In this document: positions 62,157 through 64,000 of the stretch, in pieces
Layout: each line of letters starts with the position of its first letter
Position numbering within the stretch: position 1 is the stretch's first letter
DNA from: the human T2T-CHM13v2.0 reference genome, Homo sapiens
DNA length: 64,000 bases
Strand: one strand, 5' to 3'
Assembly (NCBI RefSeq): GCF_009914755.1
Contig: NC_060930.1
Program-made: the position numbers and the translations under genes
The notes under the pieces: generated by a model
What the model saw: only the letters and a program-made list of their open reading frames with translations
Database searches by the model: none
What the model was told of the DNA's origin: nothing

Positions 62157-62536
62157 AGAACTGCTGCCCCAGAGCATCCTGAGGGTCTGTTTTTATCAGG
62201 ACAGAAAGCAGAGATCTGACAGGGCCAGGTAAGGCTGGAGGCCCAGACCTCAAAGCCAGACAACAGCTCCACTGGGTCTGAGAAGGCAAGAAACACTTGA
62301 TGACAGCTCCGAAGCAGGTGCAGCCATGTCTTTCTCTTTCTATGTGTCACATCTCCTAAAGACCCTTCCTAACCCTTAAAACCCTTAAGACTCTAAAGCG
62401 AACAGCTCAATTTTAGCAACTTTATATGCTTGTGCAACCATAATCACTATCCATTTTGGCCACCCTCAGCCCTAGGCAACTCCTGATCAGCTCTGTTGCA
62501 CTGAGCTTCCAGTTTTGACAGGACAGCAACATGATG

Positions 62537-62795
62537 ACAGAGAGAGACAAAGAAGACAAAGAAACACAGGGCAGAGAGAGACCAAGAAGTTATGAAAAAG
62601 GGAAGACAAGGAGACAGAGAGAGAAAGAGAGAGAGCCAGAGAGAGAGAGAGCGCAAAGTCAAGAAAGAAGCATGGACTAACAGAAAGTGAAAGACAGAAA
62701 CAAAGTTGGAGAGAGATTAAAGAGACAAAGAGTCAGAAAAACAGAAACAGATAGACCTAGATACATAGACAGAATGAGAGAGAGAGAGAGAGACA
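62537..62795. repeat. GA-rich low-complexity tract
   Basis: Degenerate (GA)n. Confidence 0.75.
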
Positions 62796-62894
62796 CCAAG
62801 AAAAGATGGGTGAAGCATAAAATTACTGGGCAACACAAGGCAATTATTTTAAGATAGTCTGAAATTAACAGGATGGTGCCATGTGGTCACTTAC

Positions 62895-62979
62895 GAAGCC
62901 ACAGCCATCCTCATCCAGGAAAGGGTGGGCCTGCAGCAGGGCATTAACCACGTCATTGTACTGCTGGGTGCTGGGGTAC
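62895..62979 (-). CDS. SAMD3: SAMD3 coding exon
   Basis: gtgaacAG| ... |GTAAGT; 85 nt, phase 2-0; (L)YPSTQQYNDVVNALLQAHPFLDEDGCGF. Confidence 0.93.
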
Positions 62980-63229
62980 CTGTTCACCAAAACAAGGAGG
63001 ATATGTTTCACTTCAAGCAACCCACATTCCTTCCTTTAAGATGAGTCTAATTACACTCATTTTTCTTCACATTTTTCTATATAACAAAAAGAGATTTAAA
63101 TATTGGGCAATTGGGACCTATTACCAATATATCATCCACAATCTGAAGAGAGTTGATTCCACAGGAATTCTACTCTATTCTGAAACAGACCCTTTCCCAA
63201 AGCAGCAAGCTTGTCCTGTTGTCACTCAC

Positions 63230-63415
63230 AGTGAGCCTTCCAGATACTTAGTCATGTCGGCCTGGAGAAACTCAATGATCCTTATCCTCATGCTGTGATC
63301 CGGGCACTTCTGCTCTGCTAACATGCATTTGACATCATAGGGAAACTCTGGTAAAACATAGGACTTCGTCCACTGTAATGCTTTGCTTCTTGCTAGAATT
63401 TGTTTCACATTTCTT
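63230..63415 (-). CDS. SAMD3: SAMD3 coding exon (upstream exons, including the SAM domain, lie beyond the window)
   Basis: tttttatttcacAG| ... |GTGAGT; 186 nt, phase 2-2; RNVKQILARSKALQWTKSYVLPEFPYDVKCMLAEQKCPDHSMRIRIIEFLQADMTKYLEGS. Confidence 0.93.
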
Positions 63416-64000
63416 CTGTGAAATAAAAACACACAAAGAATGAAATTCTATTCCAAATATATGCAGTTTATTAATTTGCTACATCCTGAGAACTTATGAA
63501 ATAAACAACTTTCCTGAGACCCAAATATATGGAAGTCATCAAGCCATCTTCCATCCATTCATCCATCCACAAATGTTTGAAGGCTCATTAAGTGTCTTTG
63601 TCCATTCACACAACACATAAATATGTATTCTTTAGAAAAAGTCATAATAATATAGACTTTAGAATAAAGCCTGAAGTTGAAATGCATACTAATTCATTTT
63701 TCTTAAAGAGAAAATGTAATGCATAGCTCAAAACTAGACAATATACTTAACAAAAAGAAAATACATTGCAATTCAGCAAAGCAAATGAGGCCTACCATAA
63801 AGTCTTAGCACCTGTTAAGAAAATTCTTCTAATTAATTTATTCTGCTGTTGTTTATAATTAAATACAAGATCCACCTAATTTAGTTTGTCTTTGCCTATT
63901 TTGATAAGGTGAACTTAGTTTCCAAATTAAATATAAGTAACAGATATTCCGATTCTATCCAGATGAAATTTCTATGAAGGGCTACAGAAAACTATAACTA

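Noticed and set aside
62859-62894. Intron read-through giving a short SAMD3 ending VSDHMAPSC*
   Set aside because: The donor is a perfect GTAAGT, and nothing in the sequence indicates retention.

Overview
Human (primate) genomic DNA, AT-rich and dense in Alu, L1 and LTR elements. It holds the 3' ends of two convergent SAM-domain genes. L3MBTL3 (+): last three coding exons at 12232-12401, 12623-12685 and 18391-18534, with a 3'UTR to about 20225. SAMD3 (-): last seven coding exons at 63230-63415, 62895-62979, 54630-54797, 33621-33821, 24791-24962, 24121-24203 and 23301-23585. All of these exons have GT/AG boundaries and splice in frame. Nearly every ORF in the supplied track is a repeat artefact. 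I found no convincing new multi-gene system. The least obvious items are: (i) a heavily decayed, intronless cTAGE5/MIA2-family retrocopy at about 43907-45117; (ii) a ~540-bp orphan retroposed insert with AATAAA, poly(A) and a 17-bp TSD at 39220-39763; (iii) an L1PA with both ends and a TSD intact but two large ORF2 deletions; (iv) an old local duplication bracketing a SAMD3 exon; (v) G-quadruplex, ARE and alternative-polyadenylation features in the L3MBTL3 3'UTR; (vi) a hypothesis that the SAMD3 C-terminal domain is transposon-derived. Gene and repeat-subfamily names come from recalled sequences, not from a database search. Repeat boundaries are approximate unless a TSD is quoted.
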